From an uncultured virus (IMG/VR IMGVR_UViG_2508501054_000004) (Duplodnaviria > Heunggongvirae > Uroviricota > Caudoviricetes), in the IMG/VR virus record IMGVR_UViG_2508501054_000004: a DNA stretch of 26,391 nucleotides; one strand, 5' to 3'. Every line of letters begins with the position of its first letter. Positions within the stretch are counted from its first letter, which is position 1. The notes below the pieces were generated by a model. It did no database searches. It saw only the letters and a program-made list of their open reading frames with translations, and was not told the DNA's origin. The translations under genes were made by a program, and so were the position numbers. This document shows, piece after piece, positions 8,868 through 19,041 of the stretch.

Positions 8868-9031
8868 CCCAGGACGGGCTGGGCCAGTTGCTGGCCCTGA
8901 CCCAACGCTGGCTGCCTGGCGCTGAGCCCACGATTGAAAGCATGGGCACCGCCAAGTGGCTCGAAGACGAACACTGGAGACGCATGGAAATTGCCGTCGC
9001 CAACGGCATTTCCACTGCCTTTAACGGATAA
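8837..9031 (+). CDS. -1 frameshift extension of the tail chaperone (E+E'-like)
   Basis: In-frame A AAA AAG at 8837-8843. The -1 frame reads KALEHAEGLTQDGLGQLLALTQRWLPGAEPTIESMGTAKWLEDEHWRRMEIAVANGISTAFNG, stopping at 9031. Confidence 0.8.
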   Translation, partial: KKALEHAEGLTQDGLGQLLALTQRWLPGAEPTIESMGTAKWLEDEHWRRMEIAVANGISTAFNG

Positions 9032-9036
9032 CCCTG

Positions 9037-11406
9037 ATGGCTGACCGTTCCGCCCGCCTGGCTTTCATCCTGAAACTGACCGACAAGGTCAGTGCCCCGT
9101 TGGGCAAGGTGAAAACCAGCTTTAGTGACCTTGCCGCCAAGAGCCAGCAGAACATCATTCAGATGGGTGCGGGCCTGGCCGGCATGGTGGGAGCGGGCAA
9201 GGCCATCACCGAATCACTGGAGCCGGCGCTGGAAGTGAACCGGGCGCTGGGCGACATGCGCGCCTTGGGCACCACTGAAGACGCGCTGGCCTCGTTGAAC
9301 AGGACTGCCCTTGAATTCTCGATCACCTACGCCACCAGCGCCGCCGAGTTCGTGGCGTCGTCACGTGTCATCGATGGCGCGATCAAGGGCCTGGTCGGCG
9401 GCCAGCTGGCCACCATCACCAGTGCCAGCAACCTGTTGGCTAAGGTCACCAAATCCGACGCCGAAACGACCGGCGCGTACCTCGGCACCATGTACAACCT
9501 GTTCAAGTCCCAGGCTGACAAGATGGGCCGGGTGGAATGGGCGCAGCAGCTGACCGGCCAGACCGCGCTGGCGGTGAAGCTGTTCCGCACCGATGGAGCC
9601 CAGTTGAAAGACGCCTTCAAGGAAGTCGGGGCGATCGCCACCCAGGCCGGCGTCAGCTTTGCCGAACAAATGGCGGTGGTCGGTACGCTGTCCAGCACCA
9701 TGGAAGGCGGCGACGCCGGCGGGCGCTACAAGGCGTTTTTCGAAAACCTCAGCGCGGCTGCCGAGAAAACCGGCCTGAGCTTCACGGACGCAGCCGGCAA
9801 TACACTGCCCATGCTGCAGATCATGGACAAGCTGCAGGGCAAGTACGGCGACCTGACCAGCGCGGCTGCCGGCACCAAGCTGATGGAAGTGTTCGGCGGT
9901 GAAGGTGCCCAGGTGATCGGCGCGCTGGCCAAGGACACCGATCGGCTGCGCAATGGTATTGCCGAACTGGGCAAGGTCCGGGGCCTGGAGAACGCCGAGA
10001 AGATGGCCAAGGCCATGGTCGACCCATGGCAGCAGTTCGGCAAAGCCGTCGAAGCGCTGCGCATCGCCTTCGGTCAGTCCCTCATTCCGACACTGACCCC
10101 GCTGATGGAGCGCCTGGTGGGGATTGCCAAGACCTTGACCCGCTGGACGCAGCTGTTCCCGAACATCACCCGGCTTATCGGTATCACTACGCTGGTGGTC
10201 TTTGGCTTCGTTGCTGCGATGTCGCTGCTGACCTTGGTAGTCGGTGTCAGCAAAATGGTGTGGCTGGGCATGCTCACCGTGTGGAAACTGCTCACCTGGC
10301 AGGGCTTCAAATCGATCGCCATGTTCCTGTTCCACACGGTCATGGTTGCGGCTTTCGTGGTCGGCCTGATCGCTCTGTACACCTGGATGGCGATCGTGCG
10401 GGTCGGCATGCTGCTGTGGCAAGGCGCAATCTGGCTGGTCAACGCCGCCATGCTGGCCAACCCGGTGCTGCTGATCGTGGCCGGCATTGTCCTGCTGGCC
10501 GCTGCCGTGGTTGCGGCGGTCGTGTACTGGGACGATCTGTGCGCCGCACTGATGAACACCACCGCGTTCCAGTGGATCAGCGATCAGATGGCCAAACTTT
10601 CCAGCTGGTTCGACTCGATGGGTGGCTGGTCAGGCATCGCCAAAACGGCCTGGGACAGCATCCTGTCCACGGTGAAGGGCGCAATCAATGGCCTGATCGA
10701 GATGGCCAACAAGATCCCCGGCATCAACATTGAAACCACGTTTGGTGATCTGCCCGAGCCGCCGAAGGTGCCCGATCTGCCTGGTCAGGTGGGTGCACCT
10801 GTACCGGGTCCACAACTGCCGGCAGTGGTGACCACACCGCCGGCGGGCACAGTGCCGGGGGCGAAAGTCGCCTCGGCAGCTCCCGCTCCAGCAAGCCAGC
10901 CACCTAAGCCTTTGGCTCTGGTACCGGCAGCGGTCGCTCGATCTGCGCCTGCCCAGGGTGCTGCAGCGAGAGTCCAGGTGGAACCGTCGCCGCCTATCAG
11001 CCTGCCGCAACCCAACGTGCTGCCCTTCAAACCGCTGCAGATGCCTGCCCCGCAGATCAGCCAGGCCGACCCGATCATGCTGCCGCCGGCGTCGGCTGAC
11101 CTGGCGTTTTCAATGCCGGCCAAAGCTGCTCTGCCAGAGCGCGTCGAGAAGGTCATCGAGCTGCCCGCCAAATCGGACAAAGGCATCGAAGCCCGCAAGG
11201 CGATCAACGCCAATACGTCGATCAGCCCCACCAAACCGCAGGCCGTCCCGAAAGGAGGACTGATGCAAAGTTTCCAGAACCAGAGCAACGCCATGAACCC
11301 AAACCAGCGCCCCGGCACCCACGTCGAGACCTTGAACATCAATACTTCCAAACCGATGACACCGCTGGAGCTGGAAAACATGATGGCCATGGCGGTGGGC
11401 GGCTGA
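9037..11406 (+). CDS. Tail tape measure protein
   Basis: 789 aa, Ala-rich, with a hydrophobic central block and NPVLLIVAGI motif; follows the chaperone. Confidence 0.92.
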   Translation: MADRSARLAFILKLTDKVSAPLGKVKTSFSDLAAKSQQNIIQMGAGLAGMVGAGKAITESLEPALEVNRALGDMRALGTTEDALASLNRTALEFSITYATSAAEFVASSRVIDGAIKGLVGGQLATITSASNLLAKVTKSDAETTGAYLGTMYNLFKSQADKMGRVEWAQQLTGQTALAVKLFRTDGAQLKDAFKEVGAIATQAGVSFAEQMAVVGTLSSTMEGGDAGGRYKAFFENLSAAAEKTGLSFTDAAGNTLPMLQIMDKLQGKYGDLTSAAAGTKLMEVFGGEGAQVIGALAKDTDRLRNGIAELGKVRGLENAEKMAKAMVDPWQQFGKAVEALRIAFGQSLIPTLTPLMERLVGIAKTLTRWTQLFPNITRLIGITTLVVFGFVAAMSLLTLVVGVSKMVWLGMLTVWKLLTWQGFKSIAMFLFHTVMVAAFVVGLIALYTWMAIVRVGMLLWQGAIWLVNAAMLANPVLLIVAGIVLLAAAVVAAVVYWDDLCAALMNTTAFQWISDQMAKLSSWFDSMGGWSGIAKTAWDSILSTVKGAINGLIEMANKIPGINIETTFGDLPEPPKVPDLPGQVGAPVPGPQLPAVVTTPPAGTVPGAKVASAAPAPASQPPKPLALVPAAVARSAPAQGAAARVQVEPSPPISLPQPNVLPFKPLQMPAPQISQADPIMLPPASADLAFSMPAKAALPERVEKVIELPAKSDKGIEARKAINANTSISPTKPQAVPKGGLMQSFQNQSNAMNPNQRPGTHVETLNINTSKPMTPLELENMMAMAVGG

Positions 11407-11723
11407 TGAGCGAATACGTTGATCTGTTGATCATGAACAACGACCTGGTGCTTGATCCGGCCCGCCAGCCGTTGCTGGTGGATGATCGCGCCTCGATCGC
11501 CCAGGACATCGCGCACCTGATCCGCGAAAGCGGCCTGCTGATCACCCTGGTGGCCGAGCGCGACCGGTTGCGTCAGCGTGACTGCATTCAGCAGATGGAA
11601 CTGCTCGTCGAGGATGACGAACGCCTGGTACCAGGTACTGCGCAGATCGAGCAGACCCAGCCGGGTGTGTACCTGGTGACCGCCACGACCGTGAAGTTCG
11701 GCCAAGTGGAGATCACCCTATGA
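11406..11723 (+). CDS. Baseplate wedge protein (DUF2590/gp25-like)
   Basis: Motif SIAQDIAHLIRESGL...LLVEDDERLVPGT; lies between tape measure and baseplate J. Confidence 0.8.
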   Translation: MSEYVDLLIMNNDLVLDPARQPLLVDDRASIAQDIAHLIRESGLLITLVAERDRLRQRDCIQQMELLVEDDERLVPGTAQIEQTQPGVYLVTATTVKFGQVEITL

Positions 11724-12889
11724 CCGTCGACTTCAAAAAGGCGCTGGGTGACTCCGGCATTCCGACCACTGAGGCGCAGCTCAAACAGGCCTGGGAAAAG
11801 CTGGCCGTCGAGCAGGGCAGCACGCTGACCAACACCAGCGCGTACAGCCCGTTCTGGCGGATCATCACGGCGCTGGTCACCAAGCCGGTGCTGTGGCTGC
11901 TGGAGTTCGTCAGCGGCACGGTGCTCCCGAATTTCTTCGTCAAGACTGCCGGCGCGCAGTGGCTGGACATGCTGGCCTGGGCGGTGAACATCGAGCGCAA
12001 AGCCGCGACGGTAGCCGTTGGTGAACTGCTCTTTACCCGCGCCAATACCGGTGGCGAGCTGGAAGTGCCGATCGGCACTGTCGTTCAGTCCCCGACCCTC
12101 AACGGTCATATCTATCAGTTGGTGACCACCGAGCCGCGCAGCTTTGAAGAGGGCCAGAGTCAGCTGGTGGTACCGGTCAAGGCCGTGGGAGCCGGCAGCG
12201 GCTACAACCTGGCACCGGGTTATTACGCGGTGCTGCCTCAGTCGGTACCGGGCGTTGTCCAGGTGGTGAACAATACCGACTGGCTGCAGACGCCTGGCGC
12301 GGATTCCGAGCATGACGACCAGTTGCGTCTGCGCGTGCGCAACCAGTTTTCGGCGGTCAACCAATGGCACACCGACGCGGTGTATCGGGCAATCATCACC
12401 GGGTTTCCTGGGGTTGCCGCTGACGGCGTGTACTTTGAACACGGCGCGCCGCGTGGACCAGGCAGTGCCAATGCCTTCGTGCTGTTCGACGCCGGCGTGC
12501 CCGCCGATACTTTCCTCGAGCAGATCAACACGCATATTCGGGATGGCGGCAACCATGGCCACGGCGACGATCTGCTGGCCATGGCCATGCCCGAAACCCT
12601 TCACGCGATCAGCGTCAACGTCTGGCCGGTGGTCAACCTCACCGTGCTGCAGCTGCAGACGCTGCAGGCCGAGATCGGGTTGTTCATCCGTGCTGCGTTC
12701 CGTGAAAGCACCCAGAGCGACTACGCACCGACCCGCACGTTTCCTCAGTCGCGTTTCAGTTTCAGCCGTCTGACCGAAGAGCTGCACGTCCAGTTTCCGA
12801 ATATCAGTTCGTTGCGGTTCGCCAACAGCGACATCGTGTCTGCACTGGACATCCCGCGTATCAGCACCCTGGCGGTGGTCCTGCAATGA
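11720..12889 (+). CDS. Baseplate J-like protein
   Basis: Motifs GSGYNLAPGYY, PGADSEHDDQLRLR and APRGPGSANAF. Confidence 0.9.
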   Translation: MTVDFKKALGDSGIPTTEAQLKQAWEKLAVEQGSTLTNTSAYSPFWRIITALVTKPVLWLLEFVSGTVLPNFFVKTAGAQWLDMLAWAVNIERKAATVAVGELLFTRANTGGELEVPIGTVVQSPTLNGHIYQLVTTEPRSFEEGQSQLVVPVKAVGAGSGYNLAPGYYAVLPQSVPGVVQVVNNTDWLQTPGADSEHDDQLRLRVRNQFSAVNQWHTDAVYRAIITGFPGVAADGVYFEHGAPRGPGSANAFVLFDAGVPADTFLEQINTHIRDGGNHGHGDDLLAMAMPETLHAISVNVWPVVNLTVLQLQTLQAEIGLFIRAAFRESTQSDYAPTRTFPQSRFSFSRLTEELHVQFPNISSLRFANSDIVSALDIPRISTLAVVLQ

Positions 12890-13410
12890 TCAAGCTCAAG
12901 CTGCCATTCTGGCTCGAAGGGCTGGAGCTGACCAAGCTGGTGGCCACCGCCCAGCTTTGGTGGGAACAGGCCACCGAGTGGCTGCGCTGGCCTTATCTGC
13001 AGTTCGACGCGGACACCTGCCACCTGTCCATTCTGGAGCTGTGGGCCTGGCAGCGCGACGTCACGCGGTTTCCCGCCGAGCCGGAAAGCCTGTTCCGGTT
13101 GCGGGTCAAGTACGCCTTTATCAACTCCGTGGACGCCGGCAGCACTGCCGGTTTGAAACGCATCCTGGAGCGCCTTGGCGTCGGTTATGTCGAGATCCAG
13201 GAACGCATGCCCGAGCGCGACTGGGACGTCGTGCTGCTCACCCTGAGCGATTCCCAACTGTCCGAGAACCCCGACCTGCTGCGCGTGCTGATCCGTCAGT
13301 ACGGACGCACCTGTCGCCGGTATGACTTCGTAACCATCACCCCGGTGCGGCTTGCTGTTGCCCTGGTGGATTTCAATGACGATCAGCAAACGCTGGTCGC
13401 CAGCCTTTAG
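12886..13410 (+). CDS. Tail protein I-like
   Basis: Motif LWAWQRDVTRF...FRLRVKYAFIN; follows baseplate J. Confidence 0.85.
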   Translation: MIKLKLPFWLEGLELTKLVATAQLWWEQATEWLRWPYLQFDADTCHLSILELWAWQRDVTRFPAEPESLFRLRVKYAFINSVDAGSTAGLKRILERLGVGYVEIQERMPERDWDVVLLTLSDSQLSENPDLLRVLIRQYGRTCRRYDFVTITPVRLAVALVDFNDDQQTLVASL

Positions 13411-13418
13411 GAGCCCTC

Positions 13419-15761
13419 ATGGCTGCAAGTATCACCATCGCCGGCGAGAAACTGATCGCCCAGAAACAAGCGGCCAACCTGCCGCTGACCGTGGCCCGCT
13501 TCGTGCTGGCCAACGTGCCAGGCCTCAATGTGAGCGGCCCGGTCAATCGCGCCGGCGTGAAGCCGCCAGCGGCCCAGATCGTCTACACCGCAAACATCAC
13601 CCAGCAGGGTTACGTGAACCCTAACCAGGTGGTGTACAGCCTGCTGATGGGCACCGATATCGGTGACTTCGACTGGAACTGGATCGGCATGGAGACCACC
13701 GACGACGTGCTGCTGTCGGTCGCCTATGTGCCTGTGCAACAGAAGCGCAAGAACATCCTGCCCGACCAGATCGGCAACAACGTCACGCGCAACTTCCTGT
13801 TGGTGTTCGACGGTGCTCAGCAACTGACGGGCATCAAGGTCGATGCAAGTACCTGGCAGTTCGACTACACCGCGCGCATGAAAGGCATCGATGAGCGCGG
13901 GCGCATCAGCAACCGGGACATGTTTGGGCGCGCCTGCTTTTTCGGCGCAGGCCTGCAGCTGCAGAAGGTGGGTAATGCCTACCAGCTCAATCCGGGCGTG
14001 GCTTATGTCGAAGGCGTTCGCCTGCAGCTCGATGCCGTGCTGCCTGTGACCGTGCCGGCAGTGCCGACCAAAGCGTGGCTGGATGTGGTGCTGCAGCGCG
14101 AGCTGAACGACGTCGTGGCCGCGTTCAAAGTGGTGTTCGGCCAGGAAGCGAAGGTCGACTACACCGACAGCGCCTCGGCCAGGCACTACCTGGTGCCGTT
14201 GGCCGACATCACCGGTACCAGCAGCCTGGTCGACCTGCGCCCGATCGAGGCGATCGACAGCGAGCTGGTGAAGTACTTCGCAGCGCGGGTTGGTGACTAT
14301 GCAGATCTGCGCGCCCGGGCCACGACCAAGGAAGACGTCGGGCTGAGCAATGTGCCGAACGCGATCAGCGATGATCCTGCCAACAGCAGCAGCGCTGTGC
14401 TGGCGACCACCAGGATGGTCAATGCCGTGCGCACGGCGATCTTCCAGGCCATTGCTGCGATCGTTGATGGCTCGACCACCGTCGGCAGGGCCGTGCGCCT
14501 GGTTACGCCGCGAGCCTTTCGATTCAGCGGGGCTGCCAGTGGCATCGGAACCTATGACGGCGCGAGTGATACCAATATCACCCTGACGCTGGCCGATAGC
14601 GGTGTAGCGGCAGGCACGTACACAAAAGTAGCCGTCAACCTTAAAGGCCTGGTCACCAGCGGCAGTAACCCGACAACGCTCTCTGGCTACGGCATCACCG
14701 ATGCGTACAGCAAGGATGACGCGAACAGCAGTTTCGTGAAGCAAGGCGGCGGGCCTGACCAGAAGGCCAACCGGATCAACATCGGCTGGACCGGCGCGAT
14801 GCTCAAAGTAAGCGTCGACGGCAGCGACATGGGCAGGATCTGGACTGAAACGTCATTCAACCCCAATGACAAGGCCAACAAGGCGACCTCGCTGAGCGGC
14901 TACGGGATCACCAACGCCTATACCGTTGAGCAGGTCAACGACTTGGTGGGCAGACGGGTACTGGCCGACTCCATTGTTCACGCCGGTTTTGCCAGCAACA
15001 ACACCGACTATCCGTATTTCCGTCGTATCTCGGATGACAAGGTTTATTACCTGCAGCCGCAGATCGGTTACACGCCCTTGCAGCAGGGCGGCGGTGCCGG
15101 CCAGAAGACCAACAAGGTGTATATCGGTTGGTCGGACGTGGGTCTGAAGTTGACGGTCGACGCCACAGATATGGGCCGAATCTGGACCGAGCAGTCGTTC
15201 AACCCCAACGACAAAGCCAACAAGTCCAGCTCGGTCGCCGGCTACGGCATCACGGACTGTTACACGGTCACTCAGGTCAACTCTCTGCTGAACCAGCGCA
15301 TCGCAGGGGATTCGGTCCAGACCGCTGGTTTCGCCAGTGACAACCCGGAGTTCCCCTATTTCCGTCGTACCTCTACCGGTGGCATTCATTACCTGCAGAA
15401 CCGCCTGGGGTTCACGCCCGTGCAGCAAGGCGGCGGAGCCAACCAAGCCAGCAACCAACTGCGTCTGGGCTGGGCTACCAATGGCGCGGGTGTTAGGGCG
15501 CAAGTAGACGCTTCCGACCTTGGTCTGCTGTGGGGCGAACAGAATTTCTACCGCCCTGACAACAACAACTTTCTGGCGGTATCCATCACCGCGACTGAAG
15601 TGAGACTGCCCGCTGGCGGCACCTGGTGCTATTCGCTGATGCATTACTACTCGGGCGGTGCCGGCGTGATCGGTCGAAGTGGCCAGGCAGCTGGCGGGAC
15701 AGTTATTTCATTCAGCGGCGGAAGCACCATTTACGGTTTCGCCTGGAGGTACGCAGCATGA
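13419..15761 (+). CDS. Tail fibre protein with 114-aa internal repeats
   Basis: P2 gpH-type N-terminus (IGDFDWNWIG), GYGITDAY motifs and repeated QQGGG...IGW modules. Confidence 0.92.
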   Translation: MAASITIAGEKLIAQKQAANLPLTVARFVLANVPGLNVSGPVNRAGVKPPAAQIVYTANITQQGYVNPNQVVYSLLMGTDIGDFDWNWIGMETTDDVLLSVAYVPVQQKRKNILPDQIGNNVTRNFLLVFDGAQQLTGIKVDASTWQFDYTARMKGIDERGRISNRDMFGRACFFGAGLQLQKVGNAYQLNPGVAYVEGVRLQLDAVLPVTVPAVPTKAWLDVVLQRELNDVVAAFKVVFGQEAKVDYTDSASARHYLVPLADITGTSSLVDLRPIEAIDSELVKYFAARVGDYADLRARATTKEDVGLSNVPNAISDDPANSSSAVLATTRMVNAVRTAIFQAIAAIVDGSTTVGRAVRLVTPRAFRFSGAASGIGTYDGASDTNITLTLADSGVAAGTYTKVAVNLKGLVTSGSNPTTLSGYGITDAYSKDDANSSFVKQGGGPDQKANRINIGWTGAMLKVSVDGSDMGRIWTETSFNPNDKANKATSLSGYGITNAYTVEQVNDLVGRRVLADSIVHAGFASNNTDYPYFRRISDDKVYYLQPQIGYTPLQQGGGAGQKTNKVYIGWSDVGLKLTVDATDMGRIWTEQSFNPNDKANKSSSVAGYGITDCYTVTQVNSLLNQRIAGDSVQTAGFASDNPEFPYFRRTSTGGIHYLQNRLGFTPVQQGGGANQASNQLRLGWATNGAGVRAQVDASDLGLLWGEQNFYRPDNNNFLAVSITATEVRLPAGGTWCYSLMHYYSGGAGVIGRSGQAAGGTVISFSGGSTIYGFAWRYAA

Positions 15762-16258
15762 CAGACGTGACACTTGAAACCCCTGAAGAGGTCCTGCCGC
15801 CGATTTTCGCGGCTCCAGAAGAGCCAGTGGCTTTGGGCGTGTCCTTCTCCGAGGTGGCCACTAAAAACGATGGCTCGTTCGTGATAACCGTTGCTGGCAA
15901 CCGTTGTCATGTTACCCAGGACTACAACCCGCCGCTTTACCAGGCTGTTGTCGACTATCTGGACGCCGGTGGCCACGCTACCGAGTACGCCGAGGACATC
16001 GTTGTCCAGGCCGACCCGGCATTGCTGGCCAAGCTCTGGGTGGAGCTGCGTTTGAAAGTCTCGGACAACCTGGTATCGCAGTACCGCGATGCTCGCGATC
16101 TGGGCAGTGAACTGCCGATCACACCCGAGCAATTCACCCAACTGCTGACCTGGCGTCAGGCAGTGCGTGAATGGCCGCAGGTGCCTGGCTACCCGAAGGA
16201 AACCACGCAGCCGGTTACCCCGGACTGGATTGAAGCGGTCGTGCTCAATGGCGAATGA
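15758..16258 (+). CDS. Tail fibre assembly chaperone
   Basis: ATGA overlap with the fibre gene; C-terminal LLTWRQAVREWPQ...PVTPDW. Confidence 0.8.
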   Translation: MTDVTLETPEEVLPPIFAAPEEPVALGVSFSEVATKNDGSFVITVAGNRCHVTQDYNPPLYQAVVDYLDAGGHATEYAEDIVVQADPALLAKLWVELRLKVSDNLVSQYRDARDLGSELPITPEQFTQLLTWRQAVREWPQVPGYPKETTQPVTPDWIEAVVLNGE

Positions 16259-17180
16259 ATGGGCACCGATCAAACTGCAATGGCCGGTGCAGGCCACGCA
16301 GTGGATGGATCAGATGGCGGGCGCTCGTGATTTGATCGCGAGCGAAATGGAAATCACGGGCCAGCGTGTTTCGATGCTGGCCGATATCGCCACCACCAGT
16401 CCTGGTCTGATCGCAGGAGCCGCGCAGTCCGCCATCAGCGCCGGACGCGATGCGTTGGTCGCGCAGTTCGAAAACATTCCGTCGTGCATTGTGGTGACGC
16501 CGTTTCAGCACGGTGTAGGGCAGGGCAGCGGTGGTCACCAACGCTTTCTGTCTGCGCCCAACCTGCTGCAGCTGCTGGCCGACAAGTTGACTGACACGAC
16601 CGACGCAGTCCGTCCGCAAGGCCAGCAGAGCGCTCTGGTACTGATATTCCTCGCCACGCGACTGTACCAGCTCGCCGCGACGCTGGGCCGATTCAACGTG
16701 GTTTTGCCTATGCCTGACCTGGTGCGCGCCGAGCGCCGTGCCGAACACCTGGCCAAGCTGGAAGTGGAAAAATGGATCATGCCGATCGCCGGGAAAATGC
16801 CGCTCTGGAGCCAGTTGCCGCTGCAGCGCTGCCCTATCACCAAGCTGGCCAGCCAGTCCATGGCCGGACAACTGGCGGTACTCGAAGGCTATGCCGCCGA
16901 CAGCTCGCCCATGGCGGACCTTGCAGATCTGCAGGCGCGAAAGAAGGCGCAGGTACAAGAGCGTGAGCAGCAGCTGGCCGATCTGAAAGCCCAGTTCACC
17001 AACAGTGCCGACGAAGTATCGATACAGTCCAGGATGCTGGGACCGGGTGACCTGGGCCAGCTGCGCCGCGAACTGCTCGAAGGCGAAGCACCTGGTCATG
17101 AATGGCCGCTGTGTGCCGGCGCGCTGCTGGTGGGATCTGCAGAGAGCCTGAGCTTTGTTCAGGAACTGGTGGGCCTATGA
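16248..17180 (+). CDS. Phage baseplate/tail-associated protein, function uncertain
   Basis: ATG at 16248 overlapping the previous gene; position in the distal tail operon. Confidence 0.65.
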   Translation: MANEWAPIKLQWPVQATQWMDQMAGARDLIASEMEITGQRVSMLADIATTSPGLIAGAAQSAISAGRDALVAQFENIPSCIVVTPFQHGVGQGSGGHQRFLSAPNLLQLLADKLTDTTDAVRPQGQQSALVLIFLATRLYQLAATLGRFNVVLPMPDLVRAERRAEHLAKLEVEKWIMPIAGKMPLWSQLPLQRCPITKLASQSMAGQLAVLEGYAADSSPMADLADLQARKKAQVQEREQQLADLKAQFTNSADEVSIQSRMLGPGDLGQLRRELLEGEAPGHEWPLCAGALLVGSAESLSFVQELVGL

Positions 17181-17707
17181 CGCTGCTACTCAATGGCGAG
17201 CAGATCGTCGGCCACCGCATGAAGCTGACGGCCAACCTCAAGATCGAGGCCGACGAGCTGGGCGGCCAGACATCGGCAACCGACAAATCGCACAAGGGGT
17301 TCAAACCCAAGACGCTGACCGTCGCGCTGACAATCCCCTACAAGGCCCTCGAGGACTTACGCACAATCATGCGCTTGGCCGAGGCGACTGCAGGCGGTGG
17401 CCAACTGCAGACCTACCGCATCGTGAACGACACGGCCAAGGCCTTTGGCATCCGGCAGGTGACGTTCTCTGATGGGGTTAGCGCCCGCGAAGACGACACG
17501 CTGGCCCAATGGATCGTCCAGTTCACCCTGAGCGAAAAGCTATCCAACCCGGAGAAGGTTGAGAACCGGCGCGCCGGCAACGGCGTCACGTCGCAGTCAG
17601 CACCAGGTGATGGTGTTGCGGGCAGCGGATCGGGCACGCCCGAAGAGCTGACCGGCTTTGAGGCAGTGCTCAAGAAGGTGGACACCTACCTGGGCGGCGC
17701 GTCATGA
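17177..17707 (+). CDS. Phage baseplate complex protein
   Basis: ATGA-coupled; motif ELGGQTSATDKSHKGFKPKTLTV...LSEKLSNPEKVE. Confidence 0.7.
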   Translation: MTLLLNGEQIVGHRMKLTANLKIEADELGGQTSATDKSHKGFKPKTLTVALTIPYKALEDLRTIMRLAEATAGGGQLQTYRIVNDTAKAFGIRQVTFSDGVSAREDDTLAQWIVQFTLSEKLSNPEKVENRRAGNGVTSQSAPGDGVAGSGSGTPEELTGFEAVLKKVDTYLGGAS

Positions 17708-18414
17708 GCATGAAGCTACACAAGGTGCTGACGATCGGCGGCACGGTCATGCCGTTGGTCAACGACGATGTCCGTCTTGACCTCAAGAGTCCAGGCCGCG
17801 CCACGTTCACGATCAAGGCCGGCGTTACCGTCAAAGGTTTGGTCACGTTTGATATCGGCTACAACGAAGCGGTCCTGCAGCGTCATTTCATTGGCTATGT
17901 CGAGCGCTGCACGGCCACCAATGGCATCGAGCAGGTGGTGCTGTGCCGCGAGTTAGCCGCGGTGCTGGCCAAGCCGTTGCCCATGAACCTGCGCCATGTA
18001 GATCTGCGCGCTGTGCTGGCCGATATCGGCAGCAAGACCGGCCTGCGTTTCCGGGTTCCGGATCAGGCCTACACACGCGTCAAGACGCCGTTTTTCTACA
18101 ACCTGGCCGCTGGATACCAGGCGCTGGACAGCATGGCGCGGGTGTTCGGCATCAAGGACTTTATCTGGCAGCAACAGGGTGACGGCGAGATCTACGTCGG
18201 TGCCTGGGCTGACAGTTTCTTCGGCGCTCGATCGCCACTGCAACTGCCGGTCAACCTTTTCGACGGTTACCAGGGCAGCCAAAGCGCAATGATCGCGGCC
18301 TTACCGGGCCTGCGACCAGGCGTATCAATCAACCAGGGCGAGCGGATCACGAACGTGACGCTGGCCGGCACGCAGATGGCTATCAAATGGACGACGCAAT
18401 CAAGCGCAGCGTAG
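17704..18414 (+). CDS. Tail/baseplate hub protein (gpD-like, inferred)
   Basis: ATGA-coupled; motif FIWQQQGDGEIYVGAWADS; lies upstream of a spike-like gene. Confidence 0.65.
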   Translation: MSMKLHKVLTIGGTVMPLVNDDVRLDLKSPGRATFTIKAGVTVKGLVTFDIGYNEAVLQRHFIGYVERCTATNGIEQVVLCRELAAVLAKPLPMNLRHVDLRAVLADIGSKTGLRFRVPDQAYTRVKTPFFYNLAAGYQALDSMARVFGIKDFIWQQQGDGEIYVGAWADSFFGARSPLQLPVNLFDGYQGSQSAMIAALPGLRPGVSINQGERITNVTLAGTQMAIKWTTQSSAA

Positions 18415-19041
18415 AGCGACAATTCCCTGAACTCACTGGTGGCTATCACTTGCCGCGCTTCGCCAAGGTCGTAGCCGTGGCGGATGCGCCGGCCAGCGCC
18501 GGGCTGTGTGACGACTTCCGACCGCGCTTCTCGGTCGACCTGCAGGTGATGGGGCCGTACGGCGAGATTGATACAGCGCTGCCGGTACTGGCCGGTGTGC
18601 CGCTGCCCATGCCGGTGGGCGGTGATGAAATGGGGTTCTTTGCCTTTCCGGAGGAGGGCACCAGCGTGGTGGTGTGCTTTGCCTATGGCCTACCGCACAA
18701 GCCCTACATCCAGACTATCCTGCCGCATGGACTGACACTGCCGAAGGTGCCCAAGGGCGACCAGGTGTGGCAGCACAGTGACGCCGTGCAACAGCGCGTC
18801 GACGCCGACGGCAACTGGCTGCGCAAGACCGATGGCAAAATCCTGGACCAAGCGATCGAGCGGGAAGTCGACGCCATGACGAACACCGAAAGCTTCCAGA
18901 GCCACACCAGGACGGTGGATGACCATTCGACCGAGTCAGTGGGTGGCGTGAAGAAGATCGAGGCCCTGGGCGCACTCAAGCTCCTGTCGGGCGGATCTGC
19001 GAGTCTTGCGGCAGTGGATGACCTGCACCAGGCTACTGGTA
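18387..19041 (+). CDS. Baseplate spike/gpV-like protein, 3' end lost in N gap
   Basis: OB-fold-like region FAFPEEGTSVVVCFAYG followed by beta-repeat-like HSTESVGGVKKIEALG. Confidence 0.7.

Noticed and set aside
13419..16258. Tail-fibre inversion or diversity-generating retroelement
   Set aside because: No invertase, reverse transcriptase, inverted fibre cassette or template repeat is visible.
431..17099. Many long minus-strand ORFs over the structural genes (e.g. 431-1390, 1548-2525, 5818-6954, 13407-14744)
   Set aside because: These are shadow frames of GC-rich genes whose + strand products are recognisable.
17704..19041. Overlap of hub and spike-like ORFs as a frameshifted pseudogene
   Set aside because: The second ORF has its own ATG at 18387 with a short overlap, consistent with two genes. 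This cannot be fully excluded without homologue alignment.
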